The notes beneath the pieces were generated by a model. It was given only the letters and a program-made list of their open reading frames with translations. It was not told the origin of the DNA and ran no database searches. A stretch of 63,218 nt of DNA, filler included, from Octopus bimaculoides (Eukaryota): the NCBI RefSeq assembly GCF_001194135.2. It is 4 parts of 4 records of this genome, joined end to end, with 100 filler letters (N's around TTAATTAATTAA, not from the genome) between each part and the next. Parts side by side here need not be neighbours in the genome. Positions count along the whole stretch, not along the records: positions 1 to 26,125 come from NC_069009.1; positions 26,226 to 52,154 come from NC_069007.1; 2 more parts are not named here. One strand, 5' to 3'. How positions within the stretch are numbered: position 1 is the stretch's first letter; every line of letters starts with the position of its first letter. Shown here in pieces: positions 21,467 through 34,371 of the stretch. The position numbers were made by a program, and so were the translations under genes.

Positions 21467-21795
21467 GGATGCAGTGAATAAACTGTCGTCTAAATTACAC
21501 AAAAATGAAATTAACACTGACATCTCATTTTAACAGATATATTTACCAAAATTACATAAAAATATAAAATATATAGAAATACTATAGAGTAAATTTATTC
21601 AATAAAATCGCCATTGGCTTCAACAATTGCCTCCAGACAACTTAAGAATCTCCTGTAACTCTTCTGGATGGTCTCCTTGTTTAAGTTGGTGAATGCTGCC
21701 ATAATTTTTGCCTTCAGGTCATCTTTGGTGTTACAAGGAGTTTTGTTGGTCTCTTGCTCAACTGCACTCCACACATAGTAATCAAAGAGGTTAAA
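21467..21795 (-). mobile_element. maT/DD37D-like Tc1/mariner transposase, C-terminal relic with terminus
   Basis: The minus strand reads NLFDYYVWSAVEQETNKTPCNTKDDLKAKIMAAFTNLNKETIQKSYRRF...EAIVEANGDFIE* (stop 21595-21597). Confidence 0.8.
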
Positions 21796-22620
21796 TCATA
21801 CCACTGACTTATGTTTTAATGATACATTAAAATTAATCCGGGAGGCACAATAATGTAAAATAATGTATCAATATCATCAGGGAGGAGATTATAAATAACA
21901 GTGTTCATTAATAAGCCATTTTTATAGATGTAAGAAATTATAATATATATTATATGACAAACAAAAGGTAGATAGAGAACGCTAGTAATTCTAAAATACT
22001 GTTAAGAAATTTGACGTCGCTAGGAGTTTTCCCCTTTCTTGAATAGCCCTTTAATTGTTTTACTTATTCCACTCAACTTAAATACGAGCTTCAAGTATAA
22101 ATTAGCTTCAATACTACCTTAAATGTTAAGAGTATTAAATTTCTGACACGTAAAATACACCATTTCGAGCGTGGACGTTGATCGTTACCAATGTCGCCTC
22201 CCTGGCACTTGTGCCAGTGGCACGTGAAAAGACATTCGAGCGAGATCGTTGCCAGTGCCGATGGACTGGCTCCTGTGCAGGTGGCACGTAAAATATACCA
22301 TTTCGAGCATGGCCGTCGCCAGTACCTCCTGACTGGCTCTCGTGCCGGTGGCATGTAAAACATCCACTACACTGTCGGAGTGGTTGGCATTAGCAAGGGC
22401 ATCCAGCTGTAGAAACTCTGCCAAATCAGATTGGAGCCTGGTGTCGCCTCCTGGTCCACCAGTCCTCAGTCAAATCATCCAACCCATGCTAGCATGGAAA
22501 GCAGAAGTTAAACGATGATGATGATGATGAAAAAATGTAAATTAAATTTAAGTAAAGAAGGGGAGAGAGAAAGAGAAAATAAAAAGAGTAATGGAGGAAT
22601 AAATAAAAAATGAATGACAA
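21791..22620 (-). repeat. Inverted copy of the 3' terminal region (pseudo-LTR) of the adjacent Penelope-like element
   Basis: 21791-22025 is the reverse complement of ~25135-25362, and ~22560-22617 of ~25057-25125. It is split by a SINE. Confidence 0.75.
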
Positions 22621-22719
22621 ATGGGTAGGAATGAAAGGGATGTATGGAATGAAAAGAATAAAGTAAAAGTTATGGATATTATTAGGCAAAGGGGGCAGAT
22701 ATTATTTGAAATAGCTAAA

Positions 22720-25360
22720 TGTGTGTTTTTTCCGATGTAAACACGTTCTTTATAGGTGTTAACAAGTGTGTGTTTGGAAAAAAGGATAAATAGTTGTTCA
22801 AAGAGGTGCAAAAGATTTGCCTTTATCATAAGAGAACAATCTCAACCAAAACTGTTCAAATCTAAAAGTAATCCTCCTCCGAACCCAAGATTAAAACAGT
22901 TTGAATCTGACCTCAGGTCTATTGTTAAGAATGTTAAATTCCACCATTCCCTCTTAAGGAATTGACATTAGAGATATCTACATAATATTACAAAGGAAAT
23001 TAACAACATGGAACGTCTACTTGTTCAATTAGATAAAACTGGCAACCTGTATCATTTAAACACGGATTATTACCTAAAATTACTCGGGAAGGAAATGCAA
23101 AAAATATACTGGTAAAAATGCTATCAGGAAAGCCAACCTGGAAGCTAAGAAAATTATGGAACGCCTGACTGGCCTTCATGCGGGTGGCACGTAAAAGCAC
23201 CCACTACACTCTCAGAGTGGTTGGCGTTAGGAAGGGCATCCAGCTGTAGAAACTCTGCCAAATCAAATTGGAGCCTGGTGTAGCCATCTGGTTTCACCAG
23301 TCCTCAGTCAAATCGTCCAACCCATGCTAGCATGGAAAGCAGACGTTAAACGACGATGATGATGATGAAATGAAGACTGAACCTTTAAATCCAAAGCAAC
23401 TCCGTTTTATTTCAGAGGACCACAAACCTAACTTCTTCAATAATCCAACTCTCCATCGTATCTGTCCTTCCAGCTCCAATATCGGTTTACTTAGCAAAAA
23501 ATATTCTTGATAAGTACATGCTTTCTTTAATGAACAAACTTAAACTTAACTTATGGTCTAATCCATTCCGGGTAGTAGACTGGTTCAACTCTATTGATAA
23601 TAAACTAAACGCTAAATTTATCCAGTTTGATATTTGTAGTTATTATTCCTCTATTAATCCCATAATCCTTAACAAAGCCCTGTGGTTCATGCATAATAAA
23701 TCCAGCCTCACCCTAGATGAAGTTAATGTTGTTTTAGCAGCTACAAAATATATTATCAAATTTGATAATAAATTTGGGGTTTGGAAAGATAGACCTGATT
23801 GCGTTGATATGATAATAGGAGCTAGCAACTCTGCCCAAGTTTCAGATCTGGTCGGTATTTATAATCTATCTGAAATGGCTGTCCAATTCTCATACATCCT
23901 CCATAGATTACATCGCAACGACAATCTTCTTTACCTCCAAAATATCTCTAATCAAAAATTACAAATTCTTAAAAATAATCTGGTTAAATTCTTCAGTTAT
24001 ATGCACCTAAGTTATTACCTTTGATAATAATAGAACAAAAGTTAATTTCCTCGACCTTACACTCAAATCAAATACAGCTTTGTATTTCCCATACCGTAAA
24101 CCTTCGACTAATCTAAAAGATATCAGTTTTTTTAGCAATAATCCTACTAATATAACTAAAAATCTAGTTAAAAACATTTCGCTTAGACTCTCTAAATTAT
24201 CCGCTAATGTTAATATTTTTAATAATAATATTGACTTTTATAATTTGTCTTTACCAAAGGCAGGATATAAGCAGCAAATTAAGTATTGTAACCTGCTTGA
24301 TCCTAGTTTAACCTCTAATAATCAGGTTGATAGTAGCTGTACTAATAACAATAATAATAATACTCATGGATAATAATCTGATAATTCTTTTTATCGAAAT
24401 ATTCAAAAAGCTAATCTTGGTAAATTTAAAAATAAACAGTCTAAGGGAGGTAACTATACTTATCCACTCTTCTGTAAAAATAAAAAAACTCCAGTTTTTT
24501 TTTTATTAATGAGAAATCTCCCTATAAATTGCATAACTGTAGTAAAACTATTTGGCTTGTTATTCCATATAGCAAACAAATTCCTTACCTGTTACGTGAA
24601 CCCATCAAAAGGAACTTCCCCAAAAATTTGAGGTACCACTCTATTCTCAACGCACATCATATCAGAATTGGTTTTCCCAACACTAATAACTTCCTACAAA
24701 TTATCTCTTCACATAACAACTATATTCTTAACGTTAAAAGAATTTTGATCAATAACAGTAATATTAATAATGATAATCACACCTTAAATAATAATATCAT
24801 TAGTAATATTAATTGTAATTGTGATCCGAATAAAATTTGCGTTCTCAAAATGTTGCTTATGAATGCCAAGTTTCTTCAGGAACTAAAGAATTTTTTATGT
24901 TGATATTTCCTCCATGAAATTAAAAAATGTGTAGCCCATCATCTTTCTACATTTAAATATATTAATAAACATAATACTACAGGTCTTAGTAAACTAATTT
25001 GGCATCTCAAAGACTGTAATAAAACAATTTTCTTTGGACTGGAAAATTTTGTCAAGATCATTCACTTTTTATTTGTTTATTCCTCCATTACTCCTTTTAT
25101 TTTTTCTCTCTCTCTTTCTTCTCTTTTTCTCTCATCCTATGATGTCAAATTTCTTAATGGTATTTTAAAATTACTGGCGTTCCCTATCTACCTTTTATTT
25201 TTTTATATATCATAATTTCTTACATCTATAAAAAAGTCTTATTAATGAACACTTATTTATAATCTCCTCCCTGATGAGATTGATACCTTATTCCACATTA
25301 TTTTTCCTCCTTGATTAATTTTAATGTATCCATTGAAACATATGTCAGGGATATGATTTA
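22720..25360 (+). mobile_element. Near full-length, degenerate Penelope-like retroelement
   Basis: Collinear frameshifted pieces: PRLKQFESDLRSIVKNVKF; LVQLDKTGNLY; EDHKPNFFNNPT; RT motifs FIQFDICSYYSSI and GASNSAQVSDLVGIY..HRNDNL; YFPYRKP..SNNPTNI; IWLVIPYSKQI; CNCDPNKIC; TGLSKLIWHLKD. The 3' region carries a hammerhead motif. A SINE is inserted at 23165-23370. Confidence 0.85.
25268..25351 (+). ncRNA. Hammerhead ribozyme motif (type I, PLE-associated, slightly degenerate)
   Basis: CTGATGA at 25271-25277; 9-bp stem II GATTGATAC/GTATCCATT (1 mismatch); GAAA at 25335-25338; palindromic stem III ACATATGT; GUC cleavage triplet ending 25346; imperfect stem I. Confidence 0.6.
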
Positions 25361-25554
25361 AATAACATTGTGTGCGTTTGTCTCCATTTTCCATTTCTCT
25401 TATGGTCTCCAAAACACGTCTCACTTCTCCTTGGAATTATTACCCATCTATGTGTGGTTACTAACATCTTAAAGTGGTTATGTGACATTTGGTAACTATT
25501 TCTCCAGATCTTTCCCTGTAAATTAAACACGCACACATACACATATATAAACAT

Positions 25555-25646
<92 letters not shown>

Positions 25647-25678
25647 TTATATATATATATACGCACATATATATACAG

Positions 25679-25713
<35 letters not shown>

Positions 25714-26125
25714 AACAGAAAATGGATATAATATTGATGAACAACAATTGACTTGCATCAATTATTATTTATTAATTATTTACAAAAAGACTATCCCATC
25801 TAACAGCTGTTTCTACTGCCGATGTTCTTTGGTATCACCATTATTATGCTAAAAATATACATCATAGTTGGTAATAAAACCGATTTGAATCATGGAGCTT
25901 CATCAGAGTGGAAAACAAATAAGTAATTAAAAAGAAGAGACAAGAAAAGAAGGAAAGGTTGAATATGATGAGAATCAAGTCATGTTGTGTGTGTGTCTCC
26001 CTAGAACATTGGCTTTGTGTTGTTTGTCCCTCCCACCATCGTTTATCCCTCAGGCAGTTATTTTAACCTCTAACTCAGCTAACCTTTATATATATATGTA
26101 TGTATATATATATATATATATATAT

Positions 26126-26225
26126 NNNNNNNNNNNNNNNNNNNNNNNNNNNNNNNNNNNNNNNNNNNNTTAATTAATTAANNNNNNNNNNNNNNNNNNN
26201 NNNNNNNNNNNNNNNNNNNNNNNNN
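26126..26225. other. Artificial assembly linker (44 N + TTAATTAATTAA + 44 N)
   Basis: Exactly 100 bp, with stops in all six frames; identical pads at 52155-52254 and 61457-61556. Confidence 0.95.
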
Positions 26226-26436
26226 CTAGTCATTGGTAGTCATGTATGGCGTTATTTCATCCTTATTTCAAATCGTCAGCATGGTATAATTTGAGACAAA
26301 TACATTAAGCTAAATACAACTTTTTACGAAGTTGGACATTTCTTAGAGAGAGAAAATAGTTTATAGTTTAAAAGGTATTCCTGATATTGTTCGTCCTGGA
26401 TCGTAAATTCCTCAGCAATAGAGACAAGAAGAGAAA

Positions 26437-26472
<36 letters not shown>

Positions 26473-27319
26473 TGGGAGAGGTAGAGAGAGAGGGAGAAGA
26501 ATTTCTTACTTTCGGGTTAATATTTCCAGGGCAAAGTGATATCGTCTGCTATAAAAATCGTTGTAAAACTGACAGTAGTCAGATTATAAAAGAATTGCAA
26601 AAGATGTAAAGTCATTTTTTTTCTGCTGTCGAAGCTATTGAAAAACAAAAAACAAAAAACAAAAAAACAGGAAACCAAAGAGGAATTGTACGAGAGGAGA
26701 GGGAGGTCAACGAGTGGAACTTGTCACTAGACACCATTTTTGTCTCGTCATACTATTTTAGGATGTCAAGAACTGCATCAATAACACTAGTGTCTTGTAG
26801 CAACAGGAAACTGCTACCACTACTGCTACTACTACTACTACCATTACTATTACTACTACTACCACCACCACCATTCACATTATTACTGCAACCACTTCTA
26901 CTATTATTACTCCTACTACTACCACCACCACCCCATCCCCACCACTACCGCTACTATTACTACAACCACCACCACTACTACAACCATTACTGCCACCGCT
27001 AGCAACACCACCACTATTACTATTACTACGGCTACTGTTGCTGCAGCTGCTGCCTCCGCCGCCGTTGCTGCTGTAGTATGTTAATAGTAAGAATAGATTT
27101 AGCATAATCCGAAATGATGGAAACTCGATAATCCAGATTGTAGTCTAAGTTGGTGGAGAAATAGAGTCTGTGGATGGCTGGGTGTTATTGTGTGTCTGTG
27201 TGTGCATAAGTATATACATATATGTGTGTGTATGTGCATAAGTATATGTGTGTGTGTACATACATGCGTGTTTGTGAGTGCATACGTGTGTGCGTGTGTG
27301 CGTGCGTGCGCATACACGC

Positions 27320-28010
27320 ATACAATTATTTCCAGGACCTCAATGTAGGCGGCAGAGTTAACTCTAAGCCTCATGGAAAGAAGGTAGCATCACATGTCCT
27401 TCATTGCTGACAATCCCTAAAACCATGACAGTTGCAGGAAATTTCGTATGCATAACAGAACTTCAGAAGAGTCTGCATATAACCATCTGTCATTTCTTCT
27501 GTTAACTTTTGGATCTTTGTCAAAAGTTTTTTTGTTTGAGAAAAACCAAATGAAATCTTCATCTGTTGGATTTTTCAGTTTACTTAAGAGCCTTTTAGAT
27601 CTGATGTAGTGATATAATTTTGGGGGTTTTTTTCGGACAAATTGACCTTTCCTCATTACATAAGACTCGTATCTGATCTCTTCGTGGACAACATTTCTGA
27701 CTGTTCCTTCTGACACATGGAAATCTTTTGCAATCGACCTCATGTTACTTTCTGGAATTGTAATTAATGGTCTGTTGAACTTGGTGGATAAATTCAGGTG
27801 TTCTGATGATTTCAAAGTGTTTAGAATGCATTTTATGCTTTGATACTGGTGATACATTTCCATCTTCAGTCTCTAATTCCTTACAAACTTTGTAGATGAA
27901 AGATTTGGCAACTTTTAAAAATCGAGATATCTCAAAATCGCTACACTCAGCCTTTATAACCACAATAAACAGCATCCCTCGTCATTTCTTGAGTAAGCTG
28001 AGGGTCTGCC
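27320..28010 (-). mobile_element. maT/DD37D-like Tc1/mariner transposase, N-terminal/first-D relic
   Basis: Frameshifted pieces: EISRFLKVAKSFIYKVCKELE; SMRSIAKDFHVSEGTVRNVVHE; WFFSNKKTFDKDPKVNRRNDRW; VMHTKFPATVMVLGIVSNEGHVM; LRVNSAAYIEVLE. Confidence 0.85.
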
Positions 28011-29962
28011 TTTATTATTTTCTGAAACAAATTATATTTAACTATTATTCTCCTCAGTGAATAATAGGAGAAAAATAGGTAAATATAATTGGAGACTAAT
28101 ACGTAAATATAATAGGAGAATAATAGGTAAATACAATTTACTTTAATTTCGAAAAACGTCTGTGATTAACCGAAGTCGTGTGGATGCATCATTTTTATTT
28201 TTACCTGCATAAAAAAGTGCATTATTGTCTGGGAGATTTTTATGGTAGTTGAAAAGACATTAGTGTCTATTTCTAATTCAGTACGTGGCGGGGCATTTGG
28301 CTGACCCCTGATTATAATTATGTATATAATTATAGAATATTATATATATNNNNNNNNNNNNNNNNNNNNNNNNNNNNNNNNNNNNNNNNNNNNNNNNNNN
28401 NNNNNNNNNNNNNNNNNNNNNNNNNNNNNNNNNNNNNNNNNNNNNNNNNNNNNNNNNNNNNNNNNNNNNNNNNNNNNNNNNNNNNNNNNNNNNNNNNNNN
28501 NNNNNNNNNNNNNNNNNNNNNNNNNNNNNNNNNNNNNNNNNNNNNNNNNNNNNNNNNNNNNNNNNNNNNNNNNNNNNNNNNNNNNNNNNNNNNNNNNNNN
28601 NNNNNNNNNNNNNNNNNNNNNNNNNNNNNNNNNNNNNNNNNNNNNNNNNNNNNNNNNNNNNNNNNNNNNNNNNNNNNNNNNNNNNNNNNNNNNNNNNNNN
28701 NNNNNNNNNNNNNNNNNNNNNNNNNNNNNNNNNNNNNNNNNNNNNNNNNNNNNNNNNNNNNNNNNNNNNNNNNNNNNNNNNNNNNNNNNNNNNNNNNNNN
28801 NNNNNNNNNNNNNNNNNNNNNNNNNNNNNNNNNNNNNNNNNNNNNNNNNNNNNNNNNNNNNNNNNNNNNNNNNNNNNNNNNNNNNNNNNNNNNNNNNNNN
28901 NNNNNNNNNNNNNNNNNNNNNNNNNNNNNNNNNNNNNNNNNNNNNNNNNNNNNNNNNNNNNNNNNNNNNNNNNNNNNNNNNNNNNNNNNNNNNNNNNNNN
29001 NNNNNNNNNNNNNNNNNNNNNNNNNNNNNNNNNNNNNNNNNNNNNNNNNNNNNNNNNNNNNNNNNNNNNNNTATGACAGGTCGATTACGTTTACATTTTA
29101 AGTGTGTAGGCACTTAGATTTGTATGTATGTTCATAATGTCTGAGATAGTATAAGGAATGGTATGGATTTCGCTTTCAGTGTCTTCCTCTATCTCTTCCT
29201 CCTTGTGTGTGTGTGTGTGTGTGTGGGTGTGTGTGTGTGTGGGTGTGTGTGGGTGTGTGTGTGTGTGTGTGTGTGTCTGTGTCTGTGTGTGTCTGTGTCT
29301 GTGTGCTGCTAGTGAACGTATGGAATGATGCGGAAAAATACTTCGTACAGAAGAATCAAAAAAGATATAAATGAACGAAAATGTTATCTAATTAAGCGAA
29401 CATAATGCAATTTTAGAATTCCATTAATTAACAATAATAATAATAAATGCTATTTCCGACTAACTTGGTTTTTTTTCATCATCTTTACTTAAAACAAATA
29501 TCTTAGTTACTAAGAGACCTTTTATGAGATATTACCAGAGGTTGCTTTCTAAATTAATGCAACGTGCAACGTTCACGTGTTTGTGTCGTTTCTACACACA
29601 CACAGACACACACACACACACACTTTTTCTCTTACACTCACTCACACACACATACATGCGCACACGTACGTGAACTGTATATATACATAAGTATCAAGAG
29701 AGATAATAACTGGAAAATAAATCGAACGATATTCTTTATTCCAGATCACTACAATTGTTTTCACACATCGCCAGCCCCGTAGTTCATTGGTGAGTTGAAT
29801 ATAATTACTATCAACCACCAAATGTGTAACATACGTTTCTTCAGGTGATTATTTTTCAGTAAGCCCTTCAGCAGAATCAGTCATTTTCTCCCGTATGAGA
29901 ATAAATACCCAAAGCAGCGTGCTATTTTCAGGAATTTACAAACAAAACTCTCTCTGTGTGTC

Positions 29963-30009
<47 letters not shown>

Positions 30010-30888
30010 ATATATACATATATATATATTTACACACACACATAATTGTGTTAAAGAGGACAACAAGCGTTAAGGCAAGACAAATATCTCAGGTCATATA
30101 CGTTATTATTATTGGAAAAATTCTTAGTCCAAACGAGGGAAAAATAAGTGAAATATATAAACAACGAGAGAGAAAATGGAAAACAGGACAAGTAAACACA
30201 GAGAAACGACCTTTCATCAGTCGTCGGCTGTCTGTCTACTCCGAATCCTGAATAACATACTCTCTCTGATGAAGGAGGCAGTATCCAATTTTGGGAATGA
30301 AAATACCCTTAAAATCTATGGATTACTGTGCTCCTGAATCGGATGGTGTGTGCAAGGTACCTCGATAGCTGACACCCGATTTAAAGAGAGAAGGGTGGAT
30401 GTAGGTTCTGATCTGCTGGAAGCATCTGAAGCTAATGAAGGCACATTGATCCCCCTTCTGGGGGTAGTGGATAAAACGTGGGACTAGTTTTATGAAAGGA
30501 ACCCACTGTCAGTAGACTGATATTACGCTTCGTCTCCAAGGCAGTTGGAAACGAGAAGTTCAAGACATAGCATTCGGCACTGAAATTCATGAAAAGGAAA
30601 GGATATCATTCTTCTTGATTTTCTGAAAGTTGGCCGAACAAAAGTTACAGAAACCATTACCACAGAGAGACTGGTCAATAATCTCAAAACTATCCATATT
30701 CAGCTAAACAATGCTTGACCACACACACACATCTTTAAAAACAAACCAGGCAATCGATATATAAGTCTGGTCAGTGATTTCGCCCCTCCCATCTATTGCG
30801 TAGCCGGACCTGGCGGCTTTCGAATTTCCCGTTTCATTCAATGAATCAACTAGGAAAGCGATTACATCGAAGTGATGAAAGTGTTAGT

Positions 30889-31161
30889 ATGGAGGCACAA
30901 TGGCCCAGTGGTTAGGGCAGCGGACTCGCAGTCATAGGATCGCGGTTTCGATTCCCAGACAGGGTGTTGTGAGTGTTTATTGAGCGAAAACACCTAAAGC
31001 TCCACGAGGCTCCGGCAGGGGATGGTGGCGAACCCTGCTGTACTCTTCCACCACAACTTTCTCTCACTCTTTCTTCCTGCTTCTGTTGTACCTGTAATTC
31101 AAAGGGTCAGCCTTGTCATACTCTGTGTCACGCTGAATATCCCCCGAGAACTACGTTAAGG
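30889..31161 (+). mobile_element. SINE family B, truncated by gap
   Basis: Near-identical to 15751-16020. Confidence 0.85.
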
Positions 31162-32096
31162 NNNNNNNNNNNNNNNNNNNNNNNNNNNNNNNNNNNNNNN
31201 NNNNNNNNNNNNNNNNNNNNNNNNNNNNNNNNNNNNNNNNNNNNNNNNNNNNNNNNNNNNNNNNNNNNNNNNNNNNNNNNNNNNNNNNNNNNNNNNNNNN
31301 NNNNNNNNNNNNNNNNNNNNNNNNNNNNNNNNNNNNNNNNNNNNNNNNNNNNNNNNNNNNNNNNNNNNNNNNNNNNNNNNNNNNNNNNNNNNNNNNNNNN
31401 NNNNNNNNNNNNNNNNNNNNNNNNNNNNNNNNNNNNNNNNNNNNNNNNNNNNNNNNNNNNNNNNNNNNNNNNNNNNNNNNNNNNNNNNNNNNNNNNNNNN
31501 NNNNNNNNNNNNNNNNNNNNNNNNNNNNNNNNNNNNNNNNNNNNNNNNNNNNNNNNNNNNNNNNNNNNNNNNNNNNNNNNNNNNNNNNNNNNNNNNNNNN
31601 NNNNNNNNNNNNNNNNNNNNNNNNNNNNNNNNNNNNNNNNNNNNNNNNNNNNNNNNNNNNNNNNNNNNNNNNNNNNNNNNNNNNNNNNNNNNNNNNNNNN
31701 NNNNNNNNNNNNNNNNNNNNNNNNNNNNNNNNNNNNNNNNNNNNNNNNNNNNNNNNNNNNNNNNNNNNNNNNNNNNNNNNNNNNNNNNNNNNNNNNNNNN
31801 NNNNNNNNNNNNNNNNNNNNNNNNNNNNNNNNNNNNNNNNNNNNNNNNNNNNNNNNNNNNNNNNNNNNNNNNNNNNNNNNNNNNNNNNNNNNNNNNNNNN
31901 NNNNNNNNNNNNNNNNNNNNNNNNNNNNNNNNNNNNNNNNNNNNNNNNNNNNNNNNNNNNNNNNNNNNNNNNNNNNNNNNNNNNNNNNNNNNNNNNNNNN
32001 NNNNNNNNNNNNNNNNNNNNNNNNNNNNNNNNNNNNNNNNNNNNNNNNNNNNNNNNNNNNNNNNNNNNNNNNNNNNNNNNNNNNNNNNNNNNNNNN

Positions 32097-32131
<35 letters not shown>

Positions 32132-32569
32132 TGGGTTATTCAGTGTACGTTTATCTGATGCACGCACCTGAGCTTGTGTGAGTATGCCTATGTATGACTG
32201 TGTTTGTCTGTATGACTGTGTTTGTCTGTATGACTGTGTGTGTTTGTGTTTGTGCATGTGTGCATGTTGCGTCCTTTGTTACTTTTTTCCCCTGTCATAG
32301 ATGTAAACTAGGTTTCATCGTTCTCTACAACCATAAATATATCAATAATTACATTTGTTGTACATCACTAGTTTAGTGAAGACAAAATTAAATTTGCATA
32401 TATGCATACTGTTACTCACTTGCACCTACATATACATATATACATCCACATACATGCATACACACACACACACATATATATAAATGAAGAGAAGAACAAA
32501 CATTTCTAATAGACACACATAAATACATACATACGTACATGCATACATATATAAATGTATTATATGTTC

Positions 32570-32601
<32 letters not shown>

Positions 32602-32872
32602 GTGTGTGTATGGATATCTATCTATTTATCTATATATATATGTGTGCGAGTATATATATATATATATACGTACACTGTAAAAGAGAAAAAATAGTCGGTG
32701 GCGTTTATTGGAAATAAAGTGGAAGAAAGATAGTATGAAATATGGAATAATGAAAAAATAGAATTTTGGAATGGAATAGAAATTGGTATGCACCGAAAAA
32801 CCTTGATTCTACTTATTTTCGAACTAATTTACAAATGAAGATATATAGGTGTACACACACGCACACACACAA

Positions 32873-32919
<47 letters not shown>

Positions 32920-33930
32920 NNNNNNNNNNNNNNNNNNNNNNNNNNNNNNNNNNNNNNNNNNNNNNNNNNNNNNNNNNNNNNNNNNNNNNNNNNNNNNNNN
33001 NNNNNNNNNNNNNNNNNNNNNNNNNNNNNNNNNNNNNNNNNNNNNNNNNNNNNNNNNNNNNNNNNNNNNNNNNNNNNNNNNNNNNNNNNNNNNNNNNNNN
33101 NNNNNNNNNNNNNNNNNNNNNNNNNNNNNNNNNNNNNNNNNNNNNNNNNNNNNNNNNNNNNNNNNNNNNNNNNNNNNNNNNNNNNNNNNNNNNNNNNNNN
33201 NNNNNNNNNNNNNNNNNNNNNNNNNNNNNNNNNNNNNNNNNNNNNNNNNNNNNNNNNNNNNNNNNNNNNNNNNNNNNNNNNNNNNNNNNNNNNNNNNNNN
33301 NNNNNNNNNNNNNNNNNNNNNNNNNNNNNNNNNNNNNNNNNNNNNNNNNNNNNNNNNNNNNNNNNNNNNNNNNNNNNNNNNNNNNNNNNATATATATATA
33401 AAACAGAGCAGGAGGATGCTTGAAATTGTTCGAGGACGTTTAATGGTAGGTCATCTCTATCCACGCTCACTGCTAATCGAAGCAGGTCGAGTGCTTATAC
33501 CTAGCTACAGTCTATCAAACGTTATAAACAAGTTCTTTTAGGTTTTAGGTTTTTCCAGTTTTTATTATTATTATCATTATTATTATTTTCTTAGATCACG
33601 GTCAGGTGTACTTTTAATGGAAGTTTCTTTCCCCTTTTCTACCTGCTCGGGCGACGGCGATGCGAGAAGTTTGTTGGTACATTTGTCACTGGCAGCTTTT
33701 GTCAGAATTAATACAGACACACACGCGCACACAAACACGCACACAATCTCACAGACACGTGCGCTAGCGCACACATACACAGGCTTACATATATTCACAG
33801 ACACATACAGACCAGAAAGAAACGCACAAACCCAAATATACCTAAAAATATACGTACACACATACGCAATGCACATGCACATACACTGGGGCGGAAAGAT
33901 GTGCTCGTACTTTGTATACGCATGCATATG

Positions 33931-33993
<63 letters not shown>

Positions 33994-33996
33994 AAT

Positions 33997-34371
33997 GTGG
34001 AGGCACAATGGCCCAGTGGTGAGGGCAGCGGACTTGCGATCGTAGTATCATGGTTTCGATTCCCAGACAGGGCGTTGTGAGTGCTTATTAAGTGTAAACA
34101 CGAGGTTCCGGCAGGGGATGGTGGCGAACCCTGCTGTACTCTTCCACCACAACTTTCTCTCACTCTTACTTCCTGTTTCTGTTGTGCCTGTAATTCAAAG
34201 GGTCAGCCTTGTCACACTGTGTCACGCTAAATATCCCCCCCCACCCCGAGAACTACGTTAAGGGTTCTCGCGTCTGTGGAGTGCTCAGCCACTTGCACGT
34301 TAATTTCACGAGCAGGCTGTTCCATCGATCGGATCAACTGGAACCTTCGACGTCGTAACCGACGGAGTGCC
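33997..34371 (+). mobile_element. SINE family B, full length
   Basis: Collinear with 15751-16128. Confidence 0.85.

Noticed and set aside
25795-25910. Further hammerhead-like half motifs (also ~14330-14395, ~36800-36860, ~45235-45295)
   Set aside because: GAAA-palindrome-UH or CTGATGA is present, but the partner core or stem II could not be built convincingly.
21467-28010. Idea that the two maT-like transposase halves are one element split by the Penelope insertion
   Set aside because: Order and strand fit, but a synthetic linker (26126-26225) lies between them, the middle catalytic segment is missing, and no matching second TIR was found.
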